This document shows, piece by piece, positions 11,552-25,255 of a DNA stretch of 64,000 nt; position 1 is the first letter of the stretch, and every line of letters starts with the position of its first letter. The stretch comes from Octopus sinensis (lineage: Eukaryota). Where the stretch lies: positions 131,130,001-131,194,000 of the forward strand of contig NC_042998.1 of assembly GCF_006345805.1 (NCBI RefSeq), read 5' to 3'. A program made the position numbers and the translations under genes. Below the pieces are notes generated by a model. That model was not told the origin of the DNA, did no database searches, and saw nothing but the letters and a program-made list of their open reading frames with translations.

Positions 11552-12601
11552 AATTTGCAGATGTGGATGGCCCCAAACACTCGACCAACTTGTTGACTTC
11601 AAAAACCTAATCAACAGTGTCAACAACCATATTCAATTTACCATGGAATATAGTCAAGACAAACTCTCTTTTTTTTGACATTTTTATTATTAAAACAGAC
11701 ACCAACATTGAAACTGATATCCACTACACACCAACTGATTCCAAACAATACCTTTGTTCACCAATCACCCAAAGCACACAAAGTCAAACATCCCCTTCAA
11801 ACTAGCGAGAAGAATCAGCACAATTGTCTCAAATTATAGAACACGAAATAAAAGACTCCAAGAACTAAAGGCAATTCTTCTCGAAAGTCATTACCCAGCA
11901 CCACTAGTTGACAATAGAATAGAACGGGCCAAGACAATTACTACCCAAGATTTACGAAAACCGAAACACTCACGGTACAGTAAATAGTCTCCCCTATCTC
12001 TCAACACACAATCGAAGAAATGCAGAAGCTTATACAATTATATACAAGAACATTTCACTGCTGAATCAAGACCCACGTCTAAAAAAAGTACTCGCAACCC
12101 ATAAAATAATAAAAAGCAAAAGACAACCCAAATCCCTAAAAAACCTACTCACCAATGCAAAATTACCCAACACAAGCCCACCGCCCACCGCCCACCGTAA
12201 AAAAATGTGGTCCTTCCAACTGCAGGACTTGCATCCACCTCATTGAAGGAACAATGTACAAATTCCAGGCGGGACACACTTTTGTCATAAAAAAATAACT
12301 TCACCTGCGCATCAAAGAATTTACTTTATGCCGTAAGATATGAAGGGTGCCACAAAGATTACATAGGGCAAACAAGCCTTACCCTCAGAGAAATGATGTC
12401 AGTTCCCCCCCCCCAACAATTGGGGGATCCCACCACAAGACAGATACCACTTATGGACATTTAGATCACTGTGCACACAAGTCCCCCAAATTCCTAATTT
12501 TCCCACTATACCAATGCCCGGACAACACCACTGACCGAACACGAATAAATAGGGAAAATAATCTTCTTCAAAAATACAGACCACAACTCAACATACTCTA
12601 A
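11552..12601 (+). mobile_element. Neptune-type Penelope-like element, 3' half (RT C-terminus plus GIY-YIG endonuclease)
   Basis: IQFTMEYSQDKLSFFDI, ETDIHYTPTDSKQYL, HPKHTKSNIPFKLARRI, KKCGPSNCRTC, CASKNLLYAV..C..DYIGQTS, RENNLLQKYRPQLN; several frameshifts. Confidence 0.9.
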
Positions 12602-12763
12602 CATACCTTCCAGGAACACATCCAAAACAAACACACACAGAAACACATACAGATATACAAAATCACACACACACAAAAACAATGCATACCTCCGACGCAA
12701 ATACACACACATACATATACACACACGCACGAACACAATATCTCCACACCAGAGCACAAATTC

Positions 12764-12930
12764 CACGCTAGGAGACAGTCAAAACGACCGAAAACTACAA
12801 AATTTAAGCAATTTCAAAGAGGATGAAAAAAAAACTGTAAAAAACAAGGTAAAAGTTTTGATTTTTTTCATTCCCTTTGAAATTGTTTAAATTTTGTGGT
12901 TTTCGGTCGTTTTGACTGTCTCTTAGCGTG
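12764..12930. mobile_element. 167-bp hairpin MITE
   Basis: 69-bp arms (12764-12832 and 12862-12930) with 5 mismatches and a 29-nt spacer. Confidence 0.8.
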
Positions 12931-13261
12931 TAGAAATTGCCTGTTATAGGTAATTTCTCATGTGTTTAAATGTACGCTATTTTATATATATATATATATA
13001 TTATATATATATATATATTATATATATATATGCATATATGTATGTGTGTGTGTGTGTGCGTGTATGTATAGGCCTATATATATCTATACTTATATATAAA
13101 TATATATGTATACATATATATATATGTATGTATGTGTGTGTATATATACATGCATATACATATAATTGTATGTATGTATTGTTATATAGGTATATTCATA
13201 TATACTTATACAAACTTCTATATATTATATACTTATATATACATCTATATATTATTAACTA

Positions 13262-13474
13262 TTCTTTTATTCTTTTGTTTGCTTCAGTCAGTTGACTGCG
13301 GCCATGGTAGAGCAACGCCTTTAGTCGCACAAATCGACCCCAGGACTTATTCTTTGTAAGCCTAGTACTTATTCTATCGGTGTCTTATGGTGAACCTCTA
13401 AGTTACGGAGACTTAAATCCACCAACATCGGTTGTCAAGCGATGGTGGTGGGGACAAACAGATACACAAACATA

Positions 13475-13510
<36 letters not shown>

Positions 13511-13655
13511 GTTTCCGTCTACATAATCCACACACAAGGCTTTGGTCGAACCAAGGCCAAAGTAGAAGATAATTGCTCAGTGTGCCACGCAGTGGGACTG
13601 AACTCGGAACCATGTGTTTGGTAAGCAAGCTACTTACCGCACGTCACTCCTGCGA
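13262..13655 (-). mobile_element. SINE family B, near full length (tRNA-derived head, CORE-like, internal microsatellite)
   Basis: Reverse complement reads gcggtaagtagcttgcttacc..ggttccgagttcagtcccactgcgtggcac.., then (TA)n and the shared tail. Probably one of the known octopus OK/OR1/OR2 families; assignment not verified. Confidence 0.85.
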
Positions 13656-14127
13656 CTATGAATGTCAAATTTTTTTCTCTTTCACAGAACTCCTTTCTAG
13701 ACATTGGTACGAAGAATTGTTCTCGGTTTTCTTGTTTTGTTTTATTTGTTTCAGTCATTAGATTGTGAACATGCTAGAACACCGCCTTTTATATACGGTA
13801 TAAACAAATAATTCTACCTCTCACAAATATTAGTATGGCACCCGTTCTCTTTAATCCTGAACACTTGATCTTAAAGTTAAAATTTTTCAAAATAGGAAAT
13901 TTGTCATATAAATAGATTTGTATCCGGATTCCTTGAAACAATATCTGGTCTCAGTAGGTTACGATTATTGTGGCACTTGATTTATTTATATATTTTTTTG
14001 GACCGCCCACTTCTATAACGAATTCAGCATCGTTCTCATTCTGATAGTGTTCAATATATAACTTGTTATTGAATTCATGTGAATATATGTGTGTATGTGT
14101 ATGTGTGCATGTGTGTGTGTGTGTGTG

Positions 14128-14162
<35 letters not shown>

Positions 14163-14357
14163 CGTGTCTTTGTACCTGTGCTTATTATCCTCAATACCAC
14201 TTGACAACCAATACTGCGTGTGTGTGTATGTATATGTACATACACACACACACACGCGCAGCGGTAATGATAGAGATAAATAGAAGAAGGCTTCAAACAT
14301 ATGTACATACATGCACGCTCACGAATTATTGAATACATAGAATATCAAAAATATAAT

Positions 14358-14446
14358 AACAGATACAAAAATGAAAGAAACACGCAATGCAGCGAGAAAA
14401 TACTTTTCTCTCTGTATTGCGTGTTCGTTTCATTTTTGCATCTGTT
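14358..14446. other. 89-nt fold-back hairpin
   Basis: 43-bp arms (14358-14400 and 14404-14446) with a 3-nt loop and a few mismatches. Confidence 0.8.
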
Positions 14447-14699
14447 AATTTCTTTTTTATCTTCTATATAAATGAAGATATATTCTATAATTTGCTGCTT
14501 TTCTTTACACGAAATGAGAAGATACATTGCGGAACTGTTATTTAATGAATTACATCTATTTATCACCCGAAAAGACACATCTGCACCGTCGGATGCTCCT
14601 GAACCAGTTGTTGAATATCCCACTCGTGAGAGATCGATGATAGATGTGTCGATACAGATATGTGTGTGTGTGCGTGTGTGTGTGTGTACTGTTGGTGGA

Positions 14700-14880
14700 T
14701 TTTTCCTCCGTCTTCGTTTTCTCTTGGACTTTACTGTGTCTCCTGTTTCTGAAGAATAATTTTGCTCGAAACTTAAAGCATCCTTCCTTTCAGTCCCTGA
14801 GCGTCATATTAATACTTTGCATGTACCACGTTCTCACGTTGTCGTTCTTAAGTTTTTTCTTGTTTTTTTTTTTTGGTAAA
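14700..14880 (+). mobile_element. Solo PLE pseudo-LTR with decayed hammerhead motif
   Basis: gtttctgaagaataattttgctcgaaacttaaag followed by cctgagcgtca..taatact..ccacgt, the same subfamily as 43085-43250. Confidence 0.55.
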
Positions 14881-15035
14881 AGGTATACGGCAGCAGGTAA
14901 TTCAGCGGGTAACCCGTAGTTTAAATTATATGAGAGAAGACCGGAGGAAAAATAATAGGAAGTAGTTGGTCACTTGCACTAGTAAGCCATTGATTTAGTT
15001 AATTAATAAAGAAAATTGGTAGTAATAGTACATTG

Positions 15036-15089
<54 letters not shown>

Positions 15090-15136
15090 TTTCCTTTATT
15101 AAATTAAATTAATTAAATTAAAGAACACATATGTAT

Positions 15137-15181
<45 letters not shown>

Positions 15182-15249
15182 TTAGAGGTTATGCACTACT
15201 GGTATATTACCTCCTTAGGCACTACTGGTGTATTACCTCACTATGTATA

Positions 15250-18230
15250 TGCCTTCCTATAAGGTTAACAGTAGTTGGTAATTTAAATGGTAAAACAGTG
15301 ACTTAATATATTTAGATAATAAAAAGAAATGGAGCAACAATTAACAATTAGAAGTTGATCATTGGTATTAAAAGGCCATAGTATAATTGTAGTTCAACAA
15401 CATTTACAGCAGTTTCAGTTTGCTATTTTGAAGTAAAATTGGATTTATCTCGTTCCATTTAACAAACATCGTCAAAAACATTTAGAGTTCATCGGAGGAA
15501 TATAGAGAAGAGAAGAAGAGAAATTAAATGAAAAAGGAAAAACAGGAAAAGGTTCGTTAAACCTTTAGGCATACATTTTTGTACCCTTTGGGGTTCCATG
15601 TGTGTGTACGTTTCTTCAATTAGATGAATGGAGCAAGTGGGGAAAATGACTAGTTGACCGGCGGTGTTAGTCGAATGAGTTATACCTGGTAGTAATATCC
15701 GGTGTTGTTAATTGTAATATATAACGCTATTTGTTACCGGTAGATAAGTCCCTATGATTACAAATTATGCTCTTGTTAAAAACTAGGGATGCTTTTAAAA
15801 GTTAGTGCAATACAATGTATAAATTTGGGTTACGTAAAAGGTATAATAATTAATATATAAATCTAAAAAATAGCATGTTGCTATATGCGGCGCGGGCTAC
15901 CTACACGTTAATATAATTAAAAACCAATACAGTCGGCTAGGATAAACTAAATTGATCGTTTAATCATGTTTATGTTAGTGGCAGCCCTAGCAATTGGTAT
16001 GTTAGTCAGTAATCTAACTTTAAAGTGAATATATTATAGAGAATTTTATGTCCTGGTGTACATCGTAGACTTAAGATAGATAATTCAGTTAATCGGGGTA
16101 ATTTAGTTTAATTTGTGATGTGATGTTAAATTATGCTCAGTGATAAGAGGGAGGGTTAGGGGAGGTACTCAGATATTAGGCAGTTCAGCTCATAACCTGT
16201 GATGTAGGTATTAGCGTTATTTAGAGAATAATAATTTATTTTTATGTAAACATGTTAATTTTTCTCGTCTTGTTTATTAAGTAATTCCGATTTGGCCATT
16301 ACATTAAAGAATTTCTCATTTATGCATAAATTACGGCGATTATTTTTAAGGTTATATGAAGATGGTTTGGCTAGGGTGCACCATTCTAATCTATAATTAA
16401 TGTTATTGCCTTTCAGTTCCCAGATGTAACTACTTAATCCGGTAGAGTTAGCCTTACGTCTATTTCTGAAACTTGAGCGATTGGAATTATAGCTAAGTTC
16501 CATTTCATTTTTAGTTGCTCCTATATAAGTTTTCTTGTGATTTTTGGAGAATACATCACATTGGTAGATTACATTTTTAGTTTTACATTTATCCAAGAAT
16601 TCACAAGTACTTTTATCTCTGCAACCACATAGATTATTACGATTATCTTTCTCTATGATATGGTGAGGTGATTATCATTAATAAGGTGGTTGTCCGAATT
16701 TTTAGAGGGCGAGTTATTTGTGGGGGTTACTTATTATATACTCGATTGGTTGTCGAGCATTTTTTGTTATTCTTTCTAGTTTTATAGAAGGCATCAAGCT
16801 TTTTATTGTTGATAGAGGCTATAATAGTAGCTAGGCTGCTAGTTTGGCTATGGCATACTCTAATTTTATTGCTGAAGATTTCTGAGAATTTCGTATTCAT
16901 ATCGAAATGCTTATTTATAAATTTCATTATAGATTTAACTATACTGGCTTTTAGTTGCATCGCGAAGGAGATTACTAGCTAGATGTTATCTTTATTCCGC
17001 TTCTTATTTTTAATATTTTTGTTTTTGGTGTAAAAACTGCCCTCAGTATTATTGTCGATCGTAAATCTATGGTTGTAAATATTATTATTCTTTCTATTGT
17101 TATTTTTATTACTATTGCTATCAGTTTTGGTACGTTGTTCCTATTCGATTTATTTATTTTATTTACTTTGATATTATAATTATTAACAGGTACTTTATTG
17201 GTTCTTTTAGGTGTATTATTTTAATAATTTTTATTATTATAATTTTTCTTGGTATTGTTATCATTTGCATTATTAGTGTTTCTATCGTTATCATACCTAA
17301 TGGTGTTATTAATATTATTATGAATCTTATTGTTCTTCCTACTATTTTTACTATTACTACTATTATTGATATTCGTATTCTTATTGTTTTTGTGATTAAT
17401 ATTATAGATATTTTGGCTATTATTCCTATTATGATAATTATGAGTATATATATATATATATTATTCGGGTAATTTTTATAAGGTTCCGAGCAATAACCTG
17501 CCTTTTCCAATTCAATGCTGTAGTGTTCCTTATATTTATTGAAAATATCTTTGTTGGACGAGATATATGAAATTCACTTCATAATGCCCTGTACAAGATC
17601 TTTTTTAAAATAAAGTTTGGGTGGTTGCTATGTGCATTAATATATTTGAAGTTGGATTAGGTTTAATGTACGGTTCGTGTAATCCATGAGTTAAATTACA
17701 ATTGGCATCTAAATAGTTAATACAATTATGCTCTTTTTCTATCGTGATGGTTAATCCAAACCGTTTAAAGAACTTATATAATTTTTTTATTAGTAGTTCA
17801 AGTCTCCTATTTGAGGTGCTTTTAAGGATAAATAACGCATCGTCTCTGTAAAGGCCTCCTCTAATCTCAGGGAATTCTTCGTGTAAATGTAATAACAGGT
17901 AAATACTCACTATATCAGATGCCTGTGCTGAGTCTGGGTCCCCTATAGTGATGTTGAAATAACTGGGGTTGTCCTTCCTTTCCCATAGTTTGTTATCGGA
18001 TTTTATTCTAGATTTTCTATGATTACCTTAATTTCATTCATATTAATTTTGTATGTTTTTAGCGTAAATCAGAGCACTATTTAGAATCGTAGGGTTAATT
18101 GATGAGTAGTAGTTCCCTGTGTCTATTTGTAGGAACTTAAAACTATTTTTATTCTGTATATTGGAGAACCAATTAAGGGCGTCGTGTGTATTTGACCAAA
18201 TCCTTAGGTAAAATCACTAGGTAAAATCGT
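15250..18230 (-). mobile_element. Penelope/Poseidon-type PLE (RT plus GIY-YIG; coding about 16255-18225), decayed
   Basis: NWFSNIQNKNSFKFLQID..YSSI, FNITIGDPDSAQASDIVSIYL, GLYRDDAL, INYLDANCNL..EPYIKPN, FINKHF..SEIFSNKIRVCHS, CGCRDKSTC, KNVIYQC..KTYIGATK, LCINEKF..LLNKQDE. The left boundary (3' UTR) is approximate. Confidence 0.9.
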
Positions 18231-18234
18231 TTTA

Positions 18235-19150
18235 AAAGGGATCCTGAACAAGTAGTTTGTATATATAATTTTAAAATTTTCTATCACTCGCTGGTCGATA
18301 AGATGTAGCAGAGAAGTGATAGTGGAAATCAAGAAATGGACTTTGTTATAAAATCAAACACCTGTGGAATTTGGTCCATTAAGGTAAAGATAGTGTGCCG
18401 GAACATTGAACATTATCCATAAGAGGAAAAACTTCCATAGGATGTCACTCTTCCTTGAAATAATTAAGTACAGTAGATGACTGCATATTAGTGACCCATA
18501 CAATAAATTAGATTCAAGTAACCACATTATCCGCATTGGAACTTCACTAATAGCCAAATCTGCTACTTTTGAGATTCATGAAGTCCTTGAGGTATTGGTA
18601 AGAAAAGTTTAGCCTATCCTTCGTGAGCCTATGGACAGACAGTCTGGTGAATTGCTGCGTGATGTAGATTCTCATACTTAGTTTTTTTTACCAAAGTCTC
18701 ATCATAAAGTTTACTGAGAACAGAAATCCTCTTCTTCACAAGCGCACAAAGTTTCTCTGAAGCGTCTTTATCTGAATTTGTAGCTTCACTATACTTCGCA
18801 ACACTCTGAATACTGGAATATCTTTTTTAAATGATTCGAACCAACCTTTACTGACATCAAATTCTACTGGATTCATCAACGCTGGAACTAAGATCATCTC
18901 TCTGAAAACGCCCACGAACGAACCTAACAGTGTCACATCGGTATTCATGAATGATTCTTTCCTGCTTCATTTGTGACTCATGAGTATTATTATGTATGTT
19001 TATACATTTGCCACTAAAACACCTGTTTTCGCTGGTCTCTTTTTACTTCTTATCAACGAGATACGGAACGTAGTTTTTGCCAATCCTTCCTCTGCACAAT
19101 GATAATTTAAACTGATATAATTAAAAATAGGCACTTACTTTATTTTTAGA
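18235..19150 (-). mobile_element. Tigger/pogo-like transposase remnant
   Basis: FDVSKGWFESFKK, YDETL, RIYITQQ..HRLTKDRL, LMDN and VHFLISTITSLLHLIDQRVIENFKIIYT (cf. FLPPNTTxLxQPMDQxVIxNFKxxYT). Confidence 0.75.
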
Positions 19151-20727
19151 TTATGTTTTGTATTGCAGAATTTATTATCAACAAGGTGAATTTTTTTAAG
19201 GAATCAAAATTACACTAATTTTCCTTTCAAAACTTTAATTTTTACTGAGAAATCAATCTCAGTGGTTCCGTGACAAATGAAATAATATCCATGACACTCC
19301 ACACGTTAGTGATACTCTATGTTTCCACAAATTCGGGGGAACACTTGAGGTAAATTATTTTGTTTTAATGTACAAATACAGATGTAACAAATTCCCTCTT
19401 CGTTTTATTTAAAATCTGCGATAAATGGTATTGTTTACTTTCAGTTTGACACATCAATAAAACAATACTATGAATAAAGGGGAACAATTCAGCATAACTG
19501 GAAGATTTTTAGGCATCCGGTTAAAACACACACATACTCATATACACACACTGAGCCAATATTTGCGCTGGGGGTACCTGGCGACCTTTCATTACTTTTA
19601 GTTTTGATTTGATATTTTAGTATAGAAATTGTTCGTTGACATGATTGAGCTTGTTGTCATGATTTACTTAGTAGCTCGTTAAATTATTATCCACCATATA
19701 TGTGTGCGGGGTATGTCTAAGAAAGAGTTTATGTTTGTGCCCATCCGCATGAATGTGAGTATAAACATATATGTGTTAGTGTCTTTGTGAAAAAATTTAC
19801 AATTATATAAGTATACGCAAACACACACACACAAGCATATACACACACATGCACGCACACACACACATACGTTAATATTAGCATCACGTCATATTGTGTA
19901 TAAAGTATATGCTTCAGTGCTACGTATATACACTAACATAGATATTTTGTTTGGTCATTCCTTTCACTGTGAATATCATAATATTATTGTACATCACTGA
20001 ACTTTTCATAAGCCACTAAACACGGTAAGTATGATAGTGCATTCAACAACATACGTATGTGCATTTTTAGTGCAATTTCATAACACAGTTCCTGAATTCC
20101 GATTTTGACAGATATACTGCCACAGGTTGAAATGTACGGTTTTGTATATAACACGTAAGCAAGATATTCGCTTAAGTATATTTTCTTGTCTTTATGCGTA
20201 GGTATGTCTGTATACTCTCCCTCACTTCCTCTCAATATGCTTTATATATGTATGTATGTTGGTAGGTAAAAGTTGTTTTTAACAAATAAAAAACATATTC
20301 GATATAACGTGTAATTTAATTCATTCGAGTTTGCCATGTGCCTTAAATTCAAGAATATTCAACCTCTTTGGGTAATATGTTCTTCTCTAATCAAAACTGT
20401 TCTTCTATTCAAAATGGCGATAAAACATCACTTTTCATTGGACAACATAACCCACTTGATTCACACGTACAAAATTGTAATTCTGAAGTGGAAAATAAAA
20501 TATTTTTCTTGAAATGACATCTTTGCTTGACTTGGTAGTAAAATGTTGATAGCAAAACTATTTTTGCTTGACTTAATGGAAAAACTCACTGTCGGGTTTC
20601 TTGTTAATTTTGGTACTTCATAACGTACTTAAAATCACGACTTTTCTTTTAAAAATGGGACTGATTTCGTTTGACTTGCTGATTGGTGGTAATATATTAC
20701 GTAAGTTTGAGCATGGAGTGACTGTGT

Positions 20728-20873
20728 ATAGGCGTAAGAGTGGCTGTGTGGTAAGAAGCTTGTTTCCTAACCACATGTTTCTGGGCTCAGTTTCACTGCG
20801 CAGCACCTTCTACTATAGCTTCGAACAGAACAAAGAGTGGATTAGGTAGAGGGAAACTGAAAAGTAGCCTGTC

Positions 20874-20914
<41 letters not shown>

Positions 20915-21150
20915 TGTATGTGTGTGTGAGTATGTACGTGTGTGTGTGTGTGTGTTTGTCCCTTTTCTCCATCGCTTGACATCCGATATTGGTGTGTTTA
21001 AGTCCCCATAAACCAGTGGTTCGGCAATAGTGTCGATAGAATAAGCACAATGCTCACATACAAAAAGTCCTGGGGTCGATTTCTTAGACTAAATGCGTTG
21101 CTCCAGCATGGCCGCAGTCAAATGACTGAAACAAGTAAAAGAATGAAAAA
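20728..21150 (+). mobile_element. SINE family B, full length
   Basis: gtgtggtaagaagcttgtttcctaaccacatg head, (TA)/(TG) middle and ...atgactgaaacaagtaaaaga tail. Confidence 0.85.
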
Positions 21151-22186
21151 TTGGCTTTAATAGTAGAATAGTAGAATATCTGGCTACAACATGCTTCATT
21201 GTAGGTTGTGCTCTCAATCTGTTTGGTTTTCGAATTCCACTGTACACTGAAATATGAAGGAAAAGAGGAATTTACCGTATTTTACTTAGAGGCCTAGTGT
21301 GAATATCTCTTTCTCTCTTGATCAAATTCCAAACTTTGGAGATGCAACATTTTGAGTTTCGCAGTCTCACAAATTCGGCAGCCCCTACAACGGTTAATAT
21401 ATAATATATAATACTTTAATTTTGGAATATAATTCCATTAAGTTTTCCGTTTTTACTTCCTACTTCCTACTCTGCCTTAAGGTGCAAATGCATTTCGAAA
21501 AAATGGGTTTATTATGTATGTATATCAGTCTTCATATGTTTAATTGCGTATTTTTGCGACTACATATCAGATCTTGCGGAATAAAAGTTTAGCGAAGTCT
21601 GATGCGGTCTAAAGAAAATGAAATCAATAACGGGTGCGTATGCGTATGAGTGTGTATGATCGCGTGTGTGAGCATGTGTGTGTGTGTGTATGTGTATGTG
21701 TGTGTGTGTATGTCTGTTTGTGTGTACATGTTTTTTGTGTATGTAGATAGATAGATAAATGTCGTTTACTTTATAGCGCATCAGACTCTGCTTGCGACTA
21801 TCTATATATATATGTGTATGCGTGGCGGTGGTGGTAGTAGTGGTGGGGTATATATTAACGAGTTAACATGCTACTAAATATCTGAAGAAAGACAACAGAA
21901 CAACAGGACAATATGGAAAAAGAATATATTCTGCAAAGATAATAGAAAACCATTAGCCAAAATATAAGAAATCACTAAATATATTTAGTAAAGCTGTTAT
22001 CAGGTTGAATGAAAATACAGTAAACAAATCAAACCAGACCTAAAAAGAAATTCTGAAATATATAATGCCCACCAAATTACGTTATTTATCTCCCGCTTCT
22101 CTCCTGTTGCATTTTGTATTCATCTGTCTATCTTTCTGTATAATGTTCCTGCTGAATCAATTGTTCTTTCTTCACACACACACACA

Positions 22187-22230
<44 letters not shown>

Positions 22231-22397
22231 ATATGTATATATGCATGTGTGCATGAGAACATATGCCTCTGTATATTTATATGTATGAATGTATGTATCT
22301 ATATATGTGTGTATGTTTTGTATGTGTGTGTCTATGAATATGTGTATAAATATACACGTATATGTGCATATATATTTCTATATATATATATATATAT

Positions 22398-22732
22398 ATG
22401 TATACAAAGAGAGAGGGAGAGAAAGATAGATACAAAGATTTATTCTTATGTATATATATACACATGCACGAATACAAATAAATATCCACACATTTAAATA
22501 TGTATATACATGCATACACACGTACATAAATATATGTATGTTTGTTTGTATATATATATATATATTATATATATATATATATATATGTATACAAAGAGAG
22601 AGGGAGAGAAAGATAGATACAAAGATTATTCTTATGTATATATATACACATGCACGAATACAAATAAATATCCACACATTTAAATATGTATATACATGCA
22701 TACACACGTACATAAATATATGTATGTTTGTT

Positions 22733-22735
<3 letters not shown>
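22398..22735 (+). repeat. Near-identical tandem duplication, period 187 bp
   Basis: atgtatacaaagagagaggg...gtttgtttgta starts at 22398 and again at 22585. Confidence 0.9.
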
Positions 22736-22775
<40 letters not shown>

Positions 22776-23070
22776 ACACATATGTACCCATGTTAATTTG
22801 CGTTCTTAATCTGATACCCTTCATCAAAGAACTTGCATCGGAGATCTCTTGGTATTCCTTTCTGCTGCAAATATATTTTAGCTGTTTGGTCTTATCAGCT
22901 ATTCAGTAGCATTGACCACAGCCCTTGGCCAGTTCTGCTGATTGCATTTTGGTGCACTTTCTTCAACATTACCAGTAATGGCATACTAGTAATATATCCC
23001 CATATGTTTGCTTTCTCATACAAATTATTCCGTTTTTTCCCTCATTTTTTGTCTCCGTCATAACAGCAAT

Positions 23071-23071
<1 letters not shown>

Positions 23072-23133
<62 letters not shown>
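23072..23133. repeat. (AAT)n microsatellite
   Basis: Direct reading. Confidence 0.95.
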
Positions 23134-23135
<2 letters not shown>

Positions 23136-24049
23136 GGAATTGCAAAATTTCGAGATTGTTGTTTTACACAGAAATTCAACGTTGCATGAGATGCTACTAG
23201 TGCTACCTGCTGCAGTTGCTATTGTTTTGATTATTGCTGCAAATGCACTTACACAGATTATAAGTCCTTAGCCTCTGGAAAGTTCTGTGCTCAGATTGAA
23301 AATTCAAGGAACAACCATATATTGCCATGTGTACGAAGTGGCAAGAAATCACCCGACAAAACATTGGTTTTGCAAATGTTTCTGTTCTGTTCACCCTTTT
23401 AGTTGTGTTCTTATTGTTGTCTAATCTGTTTGGGCACATTTATGATCAAAGACTTGCGAGATGTGACCATGCCGGTTATGTATCTATGTACTTCAATATT
23501 CACCGTGACTTTTCTGTATGTCGGAAGCTAAACTACAATTTAACATGAATTTGTAAACTATATCTAGCATGTCGAATGACTACGATGAAGGCCGATCGTT
23601 CGTACATACCACCTACTCTTTCCGCTTGTTTGTAACAATCGAACTCACAAGAAGCTAGGATCAAATAATCGGATGTTGTTATTGTTTTAAATATTAATTT
23701 ACAGGAAGTACAAATGTAATATAACGGGATATTTTATTGCCATTTTGCTGTTTAGTCATTAGAATGTTGTCTTATTGCTGTAGGAATGAGGCGATATTTT
23801 AATTAGAATGGCTTATAAATAAAGGGATTACATTAAGTGTAGTGCATAGATCGTTAATCTAATTAAATACTCTGCCGATTGAAGTTACTGGTTTTTTAAT
23901 TAGCTGAGCGGCTAATGGCAACATAGTGTATGTTTTAATTTTTTTTTATCCTAGATCAGAGCCAATGAATTCGTGTCCGACATGATTATGCGGCACTGAG
24001 AAGGCCTAGAGAAGCTGAAATCCAACGAATTTTCCTCTTCTCCTCTCTT

Positions 24050-24081
<32 letters not shown>

Positions 24082-24096
24082 GCTCTCTCTCTCGTT

Positions 24097-24163
<67 letters not shown>

Positions 24164-25163
24164 CACGCACACACACACTTTGTTATTTATTAGATTTTTT
24201 TTACTCAGAGTATCTCTGGACACAGCGATGAACGAACCTGACACAAATACTCATCGTTATACCGAAGAACCTTTTCGAGTTTTCGCCATCCAACTTAGAA
24301 GCGTTTTCCTTACCAGCGAGCTTTGAAAGATGTTTGCATTATAAAAATTTAGAAACTTCGAGAGGATTGAAATATATTTTTTTACAGCGGATCTTGATAT
24401 AGACAAAGTTATTAATATTGGCATGTAGAATATTTCCATTGAAAAACTCTCAGATGGAAAAAAGTCGAAGGCTGAGTCAGAGTTGGTTAGTGAAGCTATA
24501 AATTTTGAATCCTTTCTTTTTTTTTATTAACGTTCTCTCCCTTCTCAAATGAAAAGTTTACTTCTGCCACAAAATTAACCTTTATAGTCCCTTATTCCGT
24601 GCAAATTTAATGTACTCATGTATATAACCTTATTAAGGAAGTAATTACGCGTGTGCATGGGTACTTGATTCAGCGTCACTAATTCAAAGGTGATGGATAT
24701 GTTGAATATATTGTTCCCTCTGCTTGACTGGTTCTTTATCTTATATGTATAACTTGTGTCTTTTGAGTCACCCATCAACCGCTATAGTATGGGGTCTAAC
24801 ATCATTTGAATAACAGACAGGAACTGTGCGTTAATCTGGTTGGTATTCAATGATAGACGTCAATAGATTAAAAAGAAGACATCAGGCAACTACGCTATGG
24901 TACTCACAGTAAGATATGATACGAAATGTTTTGACAATGTATAAAACAAAAAGCACAAAAGTGTTTCATATGATAGAAAGGCGATTACTTCTGTTTACAT
25001 CGTATTTAAATTATAATAGGAAGTAGCGTTGGGATGGAGATCGGCTATTGTCCATGAAAATTGCGATACACTTAGTCAAATTTTGCTTTTCTAAATCAAT
25101 CTCACATATACTCGTGCCTGTCTGTCTGTCACATATTCTGTGTATGTATGATATGTATATCTG

Positions 25164-25198
<35 letters not shown>

Positions 25199-25255
25199 AC
25201 ACACACACACACACATGTATATATGAATATATACCTGCTTCTGTATCTTTCTATA

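Noticed and set aside
22840-23060. Possible R4/Dong LINE remnant next to (AAT)n (DQTAKIYLQQKGIPRDLRCKF)
   Set aside because: Similarity to the QDQ..KCRLC region is too weak to support without a profile search.
23990-24030. ctgagaaggcctagagaagctgaaatcc as a hammerhead
   Set aside because: The core is incomplete and there is no helix III, UH site or stem I.
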